Positions 53,736 through 63,637 of a stretch of 64,000 nucleotides of DNA are shown here, piece after piece. The stretch is taken from IMG/VR virus record IMGVR_UViG_3300027985_000918, positions 7,482-71,481 of that record; one strand, written 5' to 3'. Numbering within the stretch: the stretch's first letter is position 1; every line of letters starts with the position of its first letter. This DNA is from a virus. The translations under genes were made by a program, and so were the position numbers. The notes under the pieces were generated by a model, which was given only the letters and a program-made list of their open reading frames with translations, was not told the DNA's origin and did not search any database.

Positions 53736-54371
53736 TTACCATCCCCGTAGGCCCAACTCCACGAGACGGAGTCGGAACCTAACCTCAGCCGCCTCAGGGG
53801 ACCAGAACTTCATTCGCAGGTCTGCGATTTCTGGAGGAATGGCAGGTAGACCCCAATCTCCCTGAAATCTCAGGCAGTCCCTTCTCTCGAAGGAGGCCCC
53901 GAGCAGATCAGCGGCCTTCACTCGGGGGTCGTCCAGCAGGGCTGGGTCTTGCCCGAGCCCTTTGAATACCGCTTTGTTGATCCGACGATCCTGCTCGGAC
54001 CAGGAGATGATCTCCCCGTTCGGGAGTTTCAGAGCAAGGGAACCCCGAATGGTGGCCTGGATATCGTGACCATAGGCTTCGCACGAGTCATGGAGACCAC
54101 CGGCTAGAGCAGCCACCTTGTCCCCCCACAGCCTTTCGATGATGATACTGACCAGGGTCGAGTGTTCCGCCACGGTCACCCGGGGGGAAGACTGCCCCCC
54201 GTACCTGTATGTCCCCGCCAAGCCATATGTGATGTCGAGGGGGTGGACATCCTCGGACTGGGGATCCAAGTAGTTGAACCCAAGGGGGTTTTTGCTAGTG
54301 TATGTGGGGACCCTGTTCGCCCAGATGCTAGGGCGACTCATCTGGGACAGGATCTCCTCTGGGGTGATCAT
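53736..54371 (-). CDS. HD-domain 5'-deoxynucleotidase-like protein
   Basis: RYGG..TVAEHS...LHDSCEAY..D...VKAAD. Confidence 0.75.
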   Translation of the reverse strand: MITPEEILSQMSRPSIWANRVPTYTSKNPLGFNYLDPQSEDVHPLDITYGLAGTYRYGGQSSPRVTVAEHSTLVSIIIERLWGDKVAALAGGLHDSCEAYGHDIQATIRGSLALKLPNGEIISWSEQDRRINKAVFKGLGQDPALLDDPRVKAADLLGASFERRDCLRFQGDWGLPAIPPEIADLRMKFWSPEAAEVRFRLRLVELGLRGW

Positions 54372-54411
54372 GAGGCTTCGCTCCAATCCATTCTACGGTA
54401 GGCTGCTGCGT

Positions 54412-54837
54412 CTACCCCTGTTTGTTGCTTTGCTCTTCGGAAGCTCTTGGGTCCCTCAGTAGCAATTCCCTGGCGTAGGCTGTCGAGCCCGAGACATTGG
54501 CCTGGATCACGGGGATCCCCTTGAAAAACTGGGCTGCCAGCCGGTGATTCCCGTCTTGCACGATCCAATCTACGTAGAATCCCATACTGGGAATCCCTAC
54601 GTCCAAGCTGAGGGGGTCCCATTCCTCCAGGGTGGACAGGTAGGCCACACGTTCAATGTGTTCCTCCCTCGTGGGGGGTGGGTCTCGGTAGCTCCACAGG
54701 GGAACTGGCTGCTCTCGTAGTCTACCCTCCTTCAGAGCTTGGGATACTTCTTCTCGGGTGATGGGGTCGTCCAGACCAACCCATACCGTGTTGTTGAAGG
54801 GGTTCCAGGGCTCCAGGTTGAGGGCAGGTATCTTCAT
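54412..54837 (-). CDS. ParB/Srx-like domain protein
   Basis: VQDGNHRLAA. Confidence 0.65.
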   Translation of the reverse strand: MKIPALNLEPWNPFNNTVWVGLDDPITREEVSQALKEGRLREQPVPLWSYRDPPPTREEHIERVAYLSTLEEWDPLSLDVGIPSMGFYVDWIVQDGNHRLAAQFFKGIPVIQANVSGSTAYARELLLRDPRASEEQSNKQG

Positions 54838-54844
54838 GCCTAAG

Positions 54845-54897
54845 CTACCCGAAAACCGGGGCTGGTTACCAGGTAACCACTTTGGGGGTTCCGGTAG
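54845..54897. promoter_or_regulatory. back-to-back GGTAAC-N16-GTAG motifs
   Basis: CTAC-N16-GTTACC-A-GGTAAC-N16-GTAG between divergent genes. Confidence 0.65.
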
Positions 54898-54940
54898 AGG
54901 GGGGTAGAAAACTTCGGCAGAGGGGACAGCGGAGGTTTGG

Positions 54941-55261
54941 ATGATCAGCAAAACGAAGACTCTTGGAGAACATGTTGCCGAGGGGGAGATTGCCCAGGCG
55001 ACCCCTCCCAAGAAGAAGCCGGCCGGAATTGAGGCGTTTCTCCGAGAGCGTGCCCGCTATCTTTTGGCCCACGTTTGGTGCGTGGAGGCCACCAACAACA
55101 ATGGAGTGGTTCGCCATATCCCCCAGCAGGGGGGGGACGATTACCCCTCCTGGGAGGTCGCCATCAAGGCGGAATGGGTTACGGGGCCGTCAGGTCGGAA
55201 ACCCCACGGGACTGTAAAGCAAGGCGGCTGGTTCGCCGCCGCCGCCTTTTTGAAGAGGTAA
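54941..55261 (+). CDS. hypothetical protein
   Basis: GGAGG RBS. Confidence 0.55.
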   Translation: MISKTKTLGEHVAEGEIAQATPPKKKPAGIEAFLRERARYLLAHVWCVEATNNNGVVRHIPQQGGDDYPSWEVAIKAEWVTGPSGRKPHGTVKQGGWFAAAAFLKR

Positions 55262-55316
55262 CCGCACTGCTCGGCCGAATAGGTAGGCAGCCCCCCCCCA
55301 CGAAGGAGAAAGCAGC

Positions 55317-57773
55317 GTGAGAGCTTTGGTGCAAGACCGGACGATGCAGACGAGTCGGAACCACCGGGCTGCCTCGTTCGGCATCGACATGGAGAGCCAG
55401 GCCCATCTAGCGATGGTCCTCCGGGATTCCATCTATTCCGACAAGATCTTGGCGGTCTTGCGGGAGTATGGATCGAACGCCTGGGATGCCCACAGGGAGG
55501 TTGGGAAGGACGATCTCCCGATTGAGATTCACATCCCCACGGCCATGAAGCCAGAGCTGATCATCCGGGATCACGGCCCGGGGATGAGCCACTACATGGT
55601 GTTCTACCGCTACACCCAGTACGGAGCCTCTGGCAAACGGGACACCGACCGCCAGGTGGGGTTCCTGGGGCTGGGGTGCAAGTCGGGATTCGCCTACAAT
55701 GACAGCTTCACGGTGACCTCCTGGCACAAGGGGGAGAAGCGGATCTACCTGGCCGTCCTTGACGATTCGGACATGGGCCAGATGCAGCTCCTGTATGCTG
55801 CCATGTACGGCGAGTTTGCACGAGCCTATCTCACCCAGTTCAGCAACGGATCCGGCCCTCCGAGCCTCGTGGATGAGCTAGAGGATGGCGTCCTCATCAA
55901 GTCGGAACAGGTGTTCTCCGCCTGCCCAGAGGATTCCGGGTACTGGGCCAATGGCTATCAGGACTACATCGCTAACTGGTCTCCGGACCCCCGGTTCGAG
56001 GACGACGAGCCTCTTCCTTTCCTCCAGTGGGTGGAAGAAGACTTTTGGGGATGGGCCAGCACCTGTGAGCTGGAGCCCCCCGAAACAGGAATCGAGATCA
56101 AGCTGGCAGTCAAGGCCTCGGACGTGTGGTCCTTCCAGGACAAGGCGCAGAGCCTGTACCGCTACTATGTCCCCCAGCCCCGAATCAACATCAACCTGGC
56201 GGATCCCCCGAACCTTGTACCTGGTGGGTTCCTCAACGAGAACGACCAGGGGCGCTGGATTGGGGTAATGGGGTGCAACTCGTATAAAATCGACATGCAC
56301 CAGATCCAGAAAGATTTGGACCGGGAAGGTCTTTGGCCTCTCCTCCAGAAGATCGGCGGAGGTATCTTCTTCGGGATCGGAGATGTGCAGTTCAATGCCT
56401 CTCGGGAAGAGTTGAAGTACAGTGACTCGACGAAGGCCCGCATCGTCGAGGGGCTCAAACTTGTGGTGGACCAGTACATCGAGTCCATGCTGGCCTGCCT
56501 CCAGGGGGACACTATGTCCTCCTGGGAAAAGCGGAAGAAGGCCGTCTTCATGGCTGAGGACTTGGGCTTCCAGATCCCCGACGAGTACGCTCCCTGGCTC
56601 GCCAAAACCGTCAAGCTCTGGGGTCGCACGAAGGAAGGCCTGCCCGTGGGTCCCGATCAGCCCAAGTTGTTCACCCTGATCTCAGGCTCGGACTCCCGGA
56701 CACCTCGACAGGGTGTCGAGGTGAACTCCGAGGCTAAGATCTACATTCGGGATAACGACCGGAATCTGAAAGGGTACCCCTATCTCAAGGCTCATCACGT
56801 CATCGCCGTGCCAACTGAAGCAGCTCGCAGGGATGGGGCTTTCGACTTGGAAGGGGTTCAGTCCGAGATCGAAAAGTACCTGGAGGCCGCTGATCTGGCG
56901 GGTTTCCCCATCGGAAAGCTGTCCGACATGTACTGGGACGAAGTCTACGTCCCGGAAAAATCGGGTAGGGCGAAATGGGCCCAGGCCAAGAACCCCAAGC
57001 ACAGCAAGCGGACCTTCGTGTTCAACCCAGAGGATCACACCTGGTTCGGGTCTCCTTTCTCGGAATACTGGAAGGCCGAAAACCGAGTCCCCGAGGACAC
57101 GGACGTCTTCGTGGTCCTGGATCGGTTCGAGAGTTACGGCTACGGCAAGGACAACTTTTACAACCTCTTCAAGGAGGACAGAGGGCTAGCCGCCACTCTC
57201 GGGCTGAAGATGCCCCCGGTATATGGGTACAAGACCACCACGAAGAAGCCGGTGGAGCCCGAAGACTGCACGGGGACCTACTACTACGACTGGCGTCTGA
57301 AGTTCTTCGGGGACTTCCTGACCCAGCACCACTACAAGGTGCTCGCCTGTGAGAACTGGCTGCGTGAAGCTCCCTACAACGTTCGGGCAGGGCACACCCA
57401 ACTCCGTCGCCTGGTGGGTGAGTTGTGTCGGGGCCTGGGACAGAGTCACCCGGCCACCAGGTTCTACGCTCAGGTGATGCGGTCCCAGGAGTTTCTGGAG
57501 TCGAAGGGGGATAGGTTCCGGGACAGCACCTACGAGCTATTCAGGGTGGCGAAGGCGTTCTGCCTGGTTTCCGGGCAGCCCACCCCCAAAGTACCCGATA
57601 ACGTTCGGGCGACGAAGAGTAGATCTGCTGTGGCGGATCTAGACCCCAAGTACCCTTTGCTTAAGGTAGCCCGGACGAACATGCTGGAAGCCCTTTCGGG
57701 ACCCGAAAGGAAATACTGGATTGAGTACATCCGCTTGGTAGATGCCAACAGAAAGAGTGGGGACAACCAATGA
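55317..57773 (+). CDS. rIIA: rIIA-like protein (N-terminal GHKL ATPase)
   Basis: IYSDKILAVLREYGSNAWDAH, IRDHGPGM, GFLGLGCKSGFAY, SREEL; followed by an rIIB-like gene. Confidence 0.85.
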   Translation: MRALVQDRTMQTSRNHRAASFGIDMESQAHLAMVLRDSIYSDKILAVLREYGSNAWDAHREVGKDDLPIEIHIPTAMKPELIIRDHGPGMSHYMVFYRYTQYGASGKRDTDRQVGFLGLGCKSGFAYNDSFTVTSWHKGEKRIYLAVLDDSDMGQMQLLYAAMYGEFARAYLTQFSNGSGPPSLVDELEDGVLIKSEQVFSACPEDSGYWANGYQDYIANWSPDPRFEDDEPLPFLQWVEEDFWGWASTCELEPPETGIEIKLAVKASDVWSFQDKAQSLYRYYVPQPRININLADPPNLVPGGFLNENDQGRWIGVMGCNSYKIDMHQIQKDLDREGLWPLLQKIGGGIFFGIGDVQFNASREELKYSDSTKARIVEGLKLVVDQYIESMLACLQGDTMSSWEKRKKAVFMAEDLGFQIPDEYAPWLAKTVKLWGRTKEGLPVGPDQPKLFTLISGSDSRTPRQGVEVNSEAKIYIRDNDRNLKGYPYLKAHHVIAVPTEAARRDGAFDLEGVQSEIEKYLEAADLAGFPIGKLSDMYWDEVYVPEKSGRAKWAQAKNPKHSKRTFVFNPEDHTWFGSPFSEYWKAENRVPEDTDVFVVLDRFESYGYGKDNFYNLFKEDRGLAATLGLKMPPVYGYKTTTKKPVEPEDCTGTYYYDWRLKFFGDFLTQHHYKVLACENWLREAPYNVRAGHTQLRRLVGELCRGLGQSHPATRFYAQVMRSQEFLESKGDRFRDSTYELFRVAKAFCLVSGQPTPKVPDNVRATKSRSAVADLDPKYPLLKVARTNMLEALSGPERKYWIEYIRLVDANRKSGDNQ

Positions 57774-58969
57774 GCACACCTTCCATCGACGACTACACCA
57801 TCACCGGCCAGTCCGTCACAGTCATCGTGAACGGTGAGCCGATCACGACCACCCGGACGGCAGCCAACTTCGAGGCCCTGCGGGCGGCATGCCTGTCCTA
57901 TGGTGATGCCGAGGAGGAGACGGCCCAGGACGAAGCGGCTCAGGCCATCTGCAAGGCCCTCTCCATCCCGACGCTGGTCCAGTCCTGGGCCAACGGGGAG
58001 TGGGCCGAGGGAACTTGGTTTGAGGTTCAGGGGGAGCGTATCACTTGGCAGGGGGAGCCGGTGGATGAGGCCATCTCCCGCCGCATCCTGGAGCTGGTGG
58101 CAGAGAACCGGAACCCCAGGGGGTTCGCCCAGTTTTGGCTGCGGCTGTGTGCCAACCCGAGCCCTCGCTCGACGGCTCAGCTCTACCCGTTCCTGAACCA
58201 CCTGGGTATCCCTATCGTGTTCGTGGGAGACCCGAGGTACGACGGCTGCTTCCTCGCCTACAAGGGGGTTACGGCCGAATACAAAGACGTCCACACGGGG
58301 ACCATCGACAACCGCCCCGGTGCCTCCCCCCGAATGCTCCGGGAGAACATCTCGGACGATCCCAACACGGCGTGTCACCAGGGGTTTCACGTAGGTGCCC
58401 TGGGGTACGCCAAGAGCTTCGGCCAGCGGGTGATTATCTGCCTGGTGGACCCCAAAGATGTGGTCAGCATCCCCTACGACCACACGCACCAGAAGATGCG
58501 GGTCGAGGGATACACGGTCATCGGGTACTGGAACGGCGAAAGTTTGCCGTCCACCTATGTCACCCGGGAAGACATTCCGTTCCTCGACTTCAGCAACCCG
58601 GGCAAGGAAATCTCCTCCGCTGTCCCCTCGGACTACAAGGGGGAGCCGGGTGACGACTGGGACGACGACGAGGAAGAGGACGACTGGGACGACGACGAGG
58701 AAGAGGACGACTGGGACGAGGGGGTCTTGAAGGTCGAGGAGGACCCCAACTCCTTCGCCAACTCGGGCGAGAGTACCCTGGAGCCGGGGGAGCCGGAGGT
58801 GGGTTTCTACAATCTCCTCGACACCCTGGGGTACGAGGATCTGGTGACCTACACGACGGAACACCTCCGCAAGTACGCCACGTACCGGGTGAACATCGTC
58901 GGGGCCAGCAAGATCCACGGCGGTAAGAACGCCCTGGTCAACCTGATCTTGGAGACCCGTCCCGTCTGA
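57770..58969 (+). CDS. rIIB: rIIB-like protein
   Basis: NPS...LYPFL, FLAYKGV, C..GFHVG, VDPKDVVSIPYD..KMRV. Confidence 0.85.
   Translation: MSTPSIDDYTITGQSVTVIVNGEPITTTRTAANFEALRAACLSYGDAEEETAQDEAAQAICKALSIPTLVQSWANGEWAEGTWFEVQGERITWQGEPVDEAISRRILELVAENRNPRGFAQFWLRLCANPSPRSTAQLYPFLNHLGIPIVFVGDPRYDGCFLAYKGVTAEYKDVHTGTIDNRPGASPRMLRENISDDPNTACHQGFHVGALGYAKSFGQRVIICLVDPKDVVSIPYDHTHQKMRVEGYTVIGYWNGESLPSTYVTREDIPFLDFSNPGKEISSAVPSDYKGEPGDDWDDDEEEDDWDDDEEEDDWDEGVLKVEEDPNSFANSGESTLEPGEPEVGFYNLLDTLGYEDLVTYTTEHLRKYATYRVNIVGASKIHGGKNALVNLILETRPV
58652..58719 (+). repeat. 27-bp in-frame tandem repeat (DDWDDDEEE x2.5)
   Basis: GACGACTGGGACGACGACGAGGAAGAG repeated. Confidence 0.9.
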
Positions 58970-59052
58970 AGACTGGGGCCTCCCCAAAGTTAAACGAGAG
59001 GGGGCCCCAGGGCCCCCTTCACGCACAGATCCCCCAAAAGAGGTACATACGA

Positions 59053-60336
59053 ATGGGAATCGCAGGAAAGCTCAAGAAGGAACGCCGGGCACTCCGTGGC
59101 GATCTCAAGGAGATCGCCGAGGCCCCCGTGTTCTACTTTGCCACGGAGCAGGGCGGGATCGTGTTTCGGGGACAGAGCGTCTCCGGGAGGATGGTGAACG
59201 TAACCTATGCCTTCACATCCCACGGTGAGGCCAAGACCAGGGCCGATGAGTACACGGCTGAGTGGGGAGAGCAAGTTCACGTCCGCACCATGCCGGTCGG
59301 TACCTTCCTGTCGTTCCTATTCCATCATCTCGGGCAGGCCGACATCGACATCATCCTCACCGACGGTGAGAAGCCACTCCCCCTCACTACCATGGGGGTC
59401 AACGTCATCCAGGACCCCTTGTGGGCGGAGTACCTGGAGAAGTCCCGGAAGGACCCGAGCAAGAACGTCCTGCTCGCCAAGGTGGCCCGGGATCTCATGG
59501 CCTCCTGCGGAGGGCCACTGGCTCTTCAGGTGGTTGCCTCCGCCGAGTACGGGGACCTCATCCGGTCTATCACAGGCCAGAAGAGGGCCATTCTCCCCAC
59601 GGTGGATCTGGGGCTGGTGTGGTTCCTGACCCGGCAAGTCTTCACCAAGGACGAGGATGGCAACGACATCGGCACCGTCGAACCCATCATGCTCAAGATC
59701 ACGGGCAAGGACGATCACGAGCTGCACCAAGAGATCGAATCCCTGGGAGACTCCGCCCTCGACCCCGAGGAATCGATCATCGTGGGCCCCCTGGCTTTCA
59801 CCTCCCGGCAGGCGGCCTTCGATTGGGCCAAGGTCCTCCCTCCCCACATCGCCATTCACCTCATGGGAACCAATCTCATGCTGTCGGCGGAGCAAACGGT
59901 CGAGTTCCTGGGGCAGATTCCTTCCCAGTTCCCCGCCTATCGAGTGGACGACATGGCCCCGGACGGCTTCGTGTTCGACGGAGGGGTGCTCCCCCTGACG
60001 GAGAGGGGTGCGGCCTATGTCGAATCCAAAATCAACTACAAGGATTTCGGGTTCGATGAGACCCCCGAGAGGAACTGGCTGACCATCGCCCAGGGCAAGT
60101 TCCTTGAGATCTCGGAAGAGGGGCCCTCCGAGGAAGAGGGGGCTCCGATCAACCACGGTGAGATGATGTGCCGGGAGATGGCCCTCCGCCAGGTGGCCCA
60201 GATCATGGGCGTCACCATCGTGACCCCCGAATCCGAGACCCCGGACGAGTCCTGTATCCTCGATCCCCACTCCGATGACGAGTTGGTGGAGGCGGCCATC
60301 GGCCAGTTCATGAGGGAGGGTCAGCGTGACGGCTGA
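59053..60336 (+). CDS. hypothetical protein with two internal AFTS...LPLT repeats
   Basis: YAFTS...LPLTTMG and LAFTS...LPLTERG. Confidence 0.75.
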   Translation: MGIAGKLKKERRALRGDLKEIAEAPVFYFATEQGGIVFRGQSVSGRMVNVTYAFTSHGEAKTRADEYTAEWGEQVHVRTMPVGTFLSFLFHHLGQADIDIILTDGEKPLPLTTMGVNVIQDPLWAEYLEKSRKDPSKNVLLAKVARDLMASCGGPLALQVVASAEYGDLIRSITGQKRAILPTVDLGLVWFLTRQVFTKDEDGNDIGTVEPIMLKITGKDDHELHQEIESLGDSALDPEESIIVGPLAFTSRQAAFDWAKVLPPHIAIHLMGTNLMLSAEQTVEFLGQIPSQFPAYRVDDMAPDGFVFDGGVLPLTERGAAYVESKINYKDFGFDETPERNWLTIAQGKFLEISEEGPSEEEGAPINHGEMMCREMALRQVAQIMGVTIVTPESETPDESCILDPHSDDELVEAAIGQFMREGQRDG

Positions 60337-60553
60337 ACTCATCCTGATCCTCTGGACTGTCGGAGTGATTTTGGTGGCCCTGGAGGTGTCCTCCGGAATC
60401 CCCTCGGGTTTCGCCTTCAGGGTGTTCCGCACCGACCGGCTCCAAGAACTGGAACAAGGAAACATCCAGCTCCTCGAAGCAACTCAAGCCCTCCAGAAGC
60501 GGATCGAGGTTCTGGAGGGCCTTGTCAACCGGGATCCCCCTTTCTTTCCCTAG
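60326..60553 (+). CDS. small membrane + coiled-coil protein
   Basis: N-terminal TM, heptad C-terminus. Confidence 0.55.
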   Translation: MTAELILILWTVGVILVALEVSSGIPSGFAFRVFRTDRLQELEQGNIQLLEATQALQKRIEVLEGLVNRDPPFFP

Positions 60554-60590
60554 CCGGGGAACTTCCCGCCACTTCGGAGGTAAGCCCACC

Positions 60591-61190
60591 ATGAAACGGG
60601 AGATTTACATAAGCATCGACGTGGAAGCCGATGGGCGAGTTCCGGGCCTTGGATCAATGCTCAGCTTTGGGGCTGCCGCCTTTGATCTGGAGGCGGAAGA
60701 CCCCCGAAAGCCAGTCTCTACGTTCACCGCCAACCTCCACACCATTATGGGACAAGATTGGCCCCTGTGCCACCAGAACAGGGAAGTGATGGATTGGTGG
60801 GCCCAGAACCCTGAAGCCTGGGAGGCGTGCCGCAAGGACCTCCAAGAACCCTCTGAGGCTATGCCCAAGTTCGTGGAGTGGATCAGGGGGCTTCCTGGGC
60901 ACCCCGTCATTATCGGGTATCCCGTCACCTACGATTTCATGTGGGTGTATTGGTACACCGTCGTGTTCGGGGGACTCGGGGATGCGGGGGTACCGTTCAG
61001 TTTCTCCGGGATGGACCTGAAGACCATGATGTCCGAGCGGCTGGGAACTCCATACCGGCAGACATCGAAGAGGCTGGCCTACAAGAATCGCAAGCAGTGG
61101 TTCCAGGGACTCCCGGAGCACACCCACATAGCATTGGAGGATGCCATCGGCCAAGGCATCCTGTTCGTCAACATCAAGATGGAGAAGTGA
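60591..61190 (+). CDS. DEDDh 3'-5' exonuclease
   Basis: SIDVEADG, YDF, MDLKT, HIALEDA. Confidence 0.85.
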   Translation: MKREIYISIDVEADGRVPGLGSMLSFGAAAFDLEAEDPRKPVSTFTANLHTIMGQDWPLCHQNREVMDWWAQNPEAWEACRKDLQEPSEAMPKFVEWIRGLPGHPVIIGYPVTYDFMWVYWYTVVFGGLGDAGVPFSFSGMDLKTMMSERLGTPYRQTSKRLAYKNRKQWFQGLPEHTHIALEDAIGQGILFVNIKMEK

Positions 61191-61196
61191 AGTTCA

Positions 61197-61741
61197 TGAT
61201 CACTACCACACTCATCATTTTGTTCATGGCCGGGGGGCTGCTCGTCCGGGGATGCCTAGCAACGGAGAAGACGCTCCTAGCGTTTCTGTCGTTCGCCATC
61301 GTACTCGGGGTGTCCTACTTTGTGCTCGACTTCGATTTCGTTACCGTCATCTTGGGCAATCCGCCTCTCGCCCTAGGGGTGTTCCATGGGTACCTCGTCG
61401 CCGGGGGTCTGTACTCCTCGGTCAGGTGGTTCTTCCGCATGAGACGAACGGCCGCCAAACTGGCAGAAGTCTGCCTGCTCTGGCAGGCACCCCTTGGGGG
61501 TTACGATCGAGTACGGAAGGAGAAGGAAGCCCTGATCCGGAAAATGATTCCGGCCCGACACAAAGGGTTGATTGTGGGGTGGATCACGTTTTGGCCCCTT
61601 GATGCGTGCGCCCTGCTGTTCGAGGAGCCGGTCCTGCAACTCTGGGTGATGCTGACCTCAACCTACCGGAGGATCGCCAAGCAAGCACTGGCCAAGCACG
61701 GCTTGGACGAAGAGTTCGGAAAAGAGATCGAAAAGGGCTAG
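61197..61741 (+). CDS. membrane protein
   Basis: three to four TM segments, WITFWP. Confidence 0.7.
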
Positions 61742-61807
61742 TAACAGCCACGCTGAGTCCGGTAGATGATGCGAAATTGATTATGGCTAAGCGCCGGAAG
61801 GAGAAGC

Positions 61808-62401
61808 ATGAGGAACGGAACCGTCGTCAAGATCACGTCCCAGCCCGACAACATCACGGACATCCCGATGATCGGGGAGGTCGGAGTTATCGTCGCCGTC
61901 GACGGCGAGACCGCCCACATTCACACCATCGGTCTGGACGGGTACCTCAAGTCCTGCTGCCACATCGGCCTCAGCACCTTTGAGGAGGTTGAGAACCCCT
62001 CGGACATTTTGGTCCGGTACGCCGCCGAACAGACGGCTCTGGGGACCTGGATGCACGGCGTCGGGGTCCAGGCCAAGAGCGTGGCGGCTGAGATGGTCAA
62101 AGGTTTGGACGACACCGAGATGCTTTCGAGGAGGCACTCCCATATCTCCATCGTCGAGGCCGTTCAGGACAAGATTATGGAGATCCAGGACCAGTTCCCG
62201 ACGCCGGCCGACGCCCTGGAGAGCGAAGACCCCCTCGTCCGGGCTCTCGCCCGCAAGTTCCAAGGCACCCCCTCTGACGTGACCCAGCAGTCCCGCATCG
62301 ACCGGGCCGCCGAACGCCTGGCCCAGGTCGGCATCACCGACCTCGACAAGGCCAAGATGGTGGCTTTCCTCAAGGTCCTCAAGGAAGAGGGTCTGGACTG
62401 A
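61808..62401 (+). CDS. hypothetical protein
   Basis: AGGAG RBS, 197 aa. Confidence 0.7.
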   Translation: MRNGTVVKITSQPDNITDIPMIGEVGVIVAVDGETAHIHTIGLDGYLKSCCHIGLSTFEEVENPSDILVRYAAEQTALGTWMHGVGVQAKSVAAEMVKGLDDTEMLSRRHSHISIVEAVQDKIMEIQDQFPTPADALESEDPLVRALARKFQGTPSDVTQQSRIDRAAERLAQVGITDLDKAKMVAFLKVLKEEGLD

Positions 62402-62454
62402 TCCCCCTCCCTCGCCGGGCCACGGTAGGGGATATGCCGGACCTCAGCGGATAC

Positions 62455-62485
62455 AAAAAGGGCCCCCCTGAGAAAGGGGGGCCCT
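62455..62485 (-). terminator. intrinsic terminator between convergent genes
   Basis: AGGGCCCCCCT-GAGAA-AGGGGGGCCCT with an A-run on the left. Confidence 0.7.
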
Positions 62486-62508
62486 GCTAGTACGTTCTGG
62501 TCAGAACG

Positions 62509-63054
62509 TCAGGGGCAAGGTTCCAGAGACACGGCCGGAACGTAGACTCTGCCGTCAGGGGCCGCCAGTTCCTCAATCAGCGGACCCTTCACTGCGCTGA
62601 CGTAGGAGAACACCGCCTTGGCGATGGCCTTGTCTTCGCAGGACACATCTTTCCCCTCCATGACCAGCAGCGTGATGGACTCGACCGCCGGCAGGATGCT
62701 GCCGGATAGAGCGTCAACAAGCGCCTTCGCATCGGCCTCCAGAACTGGCTCCATCGGGCTCTCCTGAAGAACCAGGCAGGAGTTGATGTCCACCTCCACA
62801 CTGGGGATGACTCCGGTGGCCTCGCCTTTGGCCCATCCGTCTACGGCACTCTGAGCCGCCCCGATAGCCGTCAGGAACGAAGAAGTGACGTAGCAGGCTA
62901 CCACGTTTCTGTCCGCCACGGACAGGGCCTTACCCGCTTCGGTCACGCCTTTGGCTCCGATCAGAGACGAGTCGATGATCGGCAGATACTTCTGGGTTGA
63001 GCCACAACCGAGCAAGAGCCCAGCCAGAAGCAGAGTTGCAAACAGCTTCTGCAT
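62509..63054 (-). CDS. lipoprotein
   Basis: MQKLFATLLLAGLLLGC lipobox, GGGAGG RBS. Confidence 0.75.
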   Translation of the reverse strand: MQKLFATLLLAGLLLGCGSTQKYLPIIDSSLIGAKGVTEAGKALSVADRNVVACYVTSSFLTAIGAAQSAVDGWAKGEATGVIPSVEVDINSCLVLQESPMEPVLEADAKALVDALSGSILPAVESITLLVMEGKDVSCEDKAIAKAVFSYVSAVKGPLIEELAAPDGRVYVPAVSLEPCP

Positions 63055-63199
63055 TGGATTAACCTCCCTCCCACGACGAGAGATCCGCCTCTCGTCCAAC
63101 TCATAGGGGCAATAGGCACTCCACCGAGAGCACTTGACAATTCTTCCTCAAACCCTAAGTTTCCCGCTGTAACCGGAATCCACTGCAAGGAGCCCTAAC

Positions 63200-63637
63200 A
63201 TGAGTGATCGTTGTCAGAAGCTGGCTGACTCGTTCTTTGGCCCCGGAGGGGTGTTCGATGGCACGTTTCCTCCTCCTGAGGTCACCAAGGGAGGGCCGCT
63301 CGATGCTCTGTTCGCCCCTCCGAAGGTCACCAGGTTCTTTGGTGGGGAGCCGGGGTTGAAGGTCTTCCCCACGAAAGCTGCCTACGAGGTCGAGATCGAT
63401 CTCCCGGGTCGGGTCAGGGATGACGTGACCGTTGATATCTCCGGCAACAAGCTGTACGTCAAGGTTGCGGCTACTGGCAGCCGGAACCCCCGCCCTGAGA
63501 AGACATGGGTGTTTGATCTCGGGACGGAATACGACCCCGAAGGGACCACCGCTCTCTTGGAGAAGGGTGTGCTTTCCCTCAGAGTCCCCCGCCTGAAGAC
63601 TGCTGATCCTCCTCGTTTCCGCATCACGGTCGGGTAA
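63200..63637 (+). CDS. small heat-shock protein (Hsp20)
   Basis: EIDLPG...DISGNKL...ALLEKGVLSLRVP. Confidence 0.8.
   Translation: MSDRCQKLADSFFGPGGVFDGTFPPPEVTKGGPLDALFAPPKVTRFFGGEPGLKVFPTKAAYEVEIDLPGRVRDDVTVDISGNKLYVKVAATGSRNPRPEKTWVFDLGTEYDPEGTTALLEKGVLSLRVPRLKTADPPRFRITVG

Noticed and set aside
55800..56090. Intein in the rIIA-like protein
   Set aside because: The acidic insertion lacks Cys/Ser-start and His-Asn-end splicing motifs
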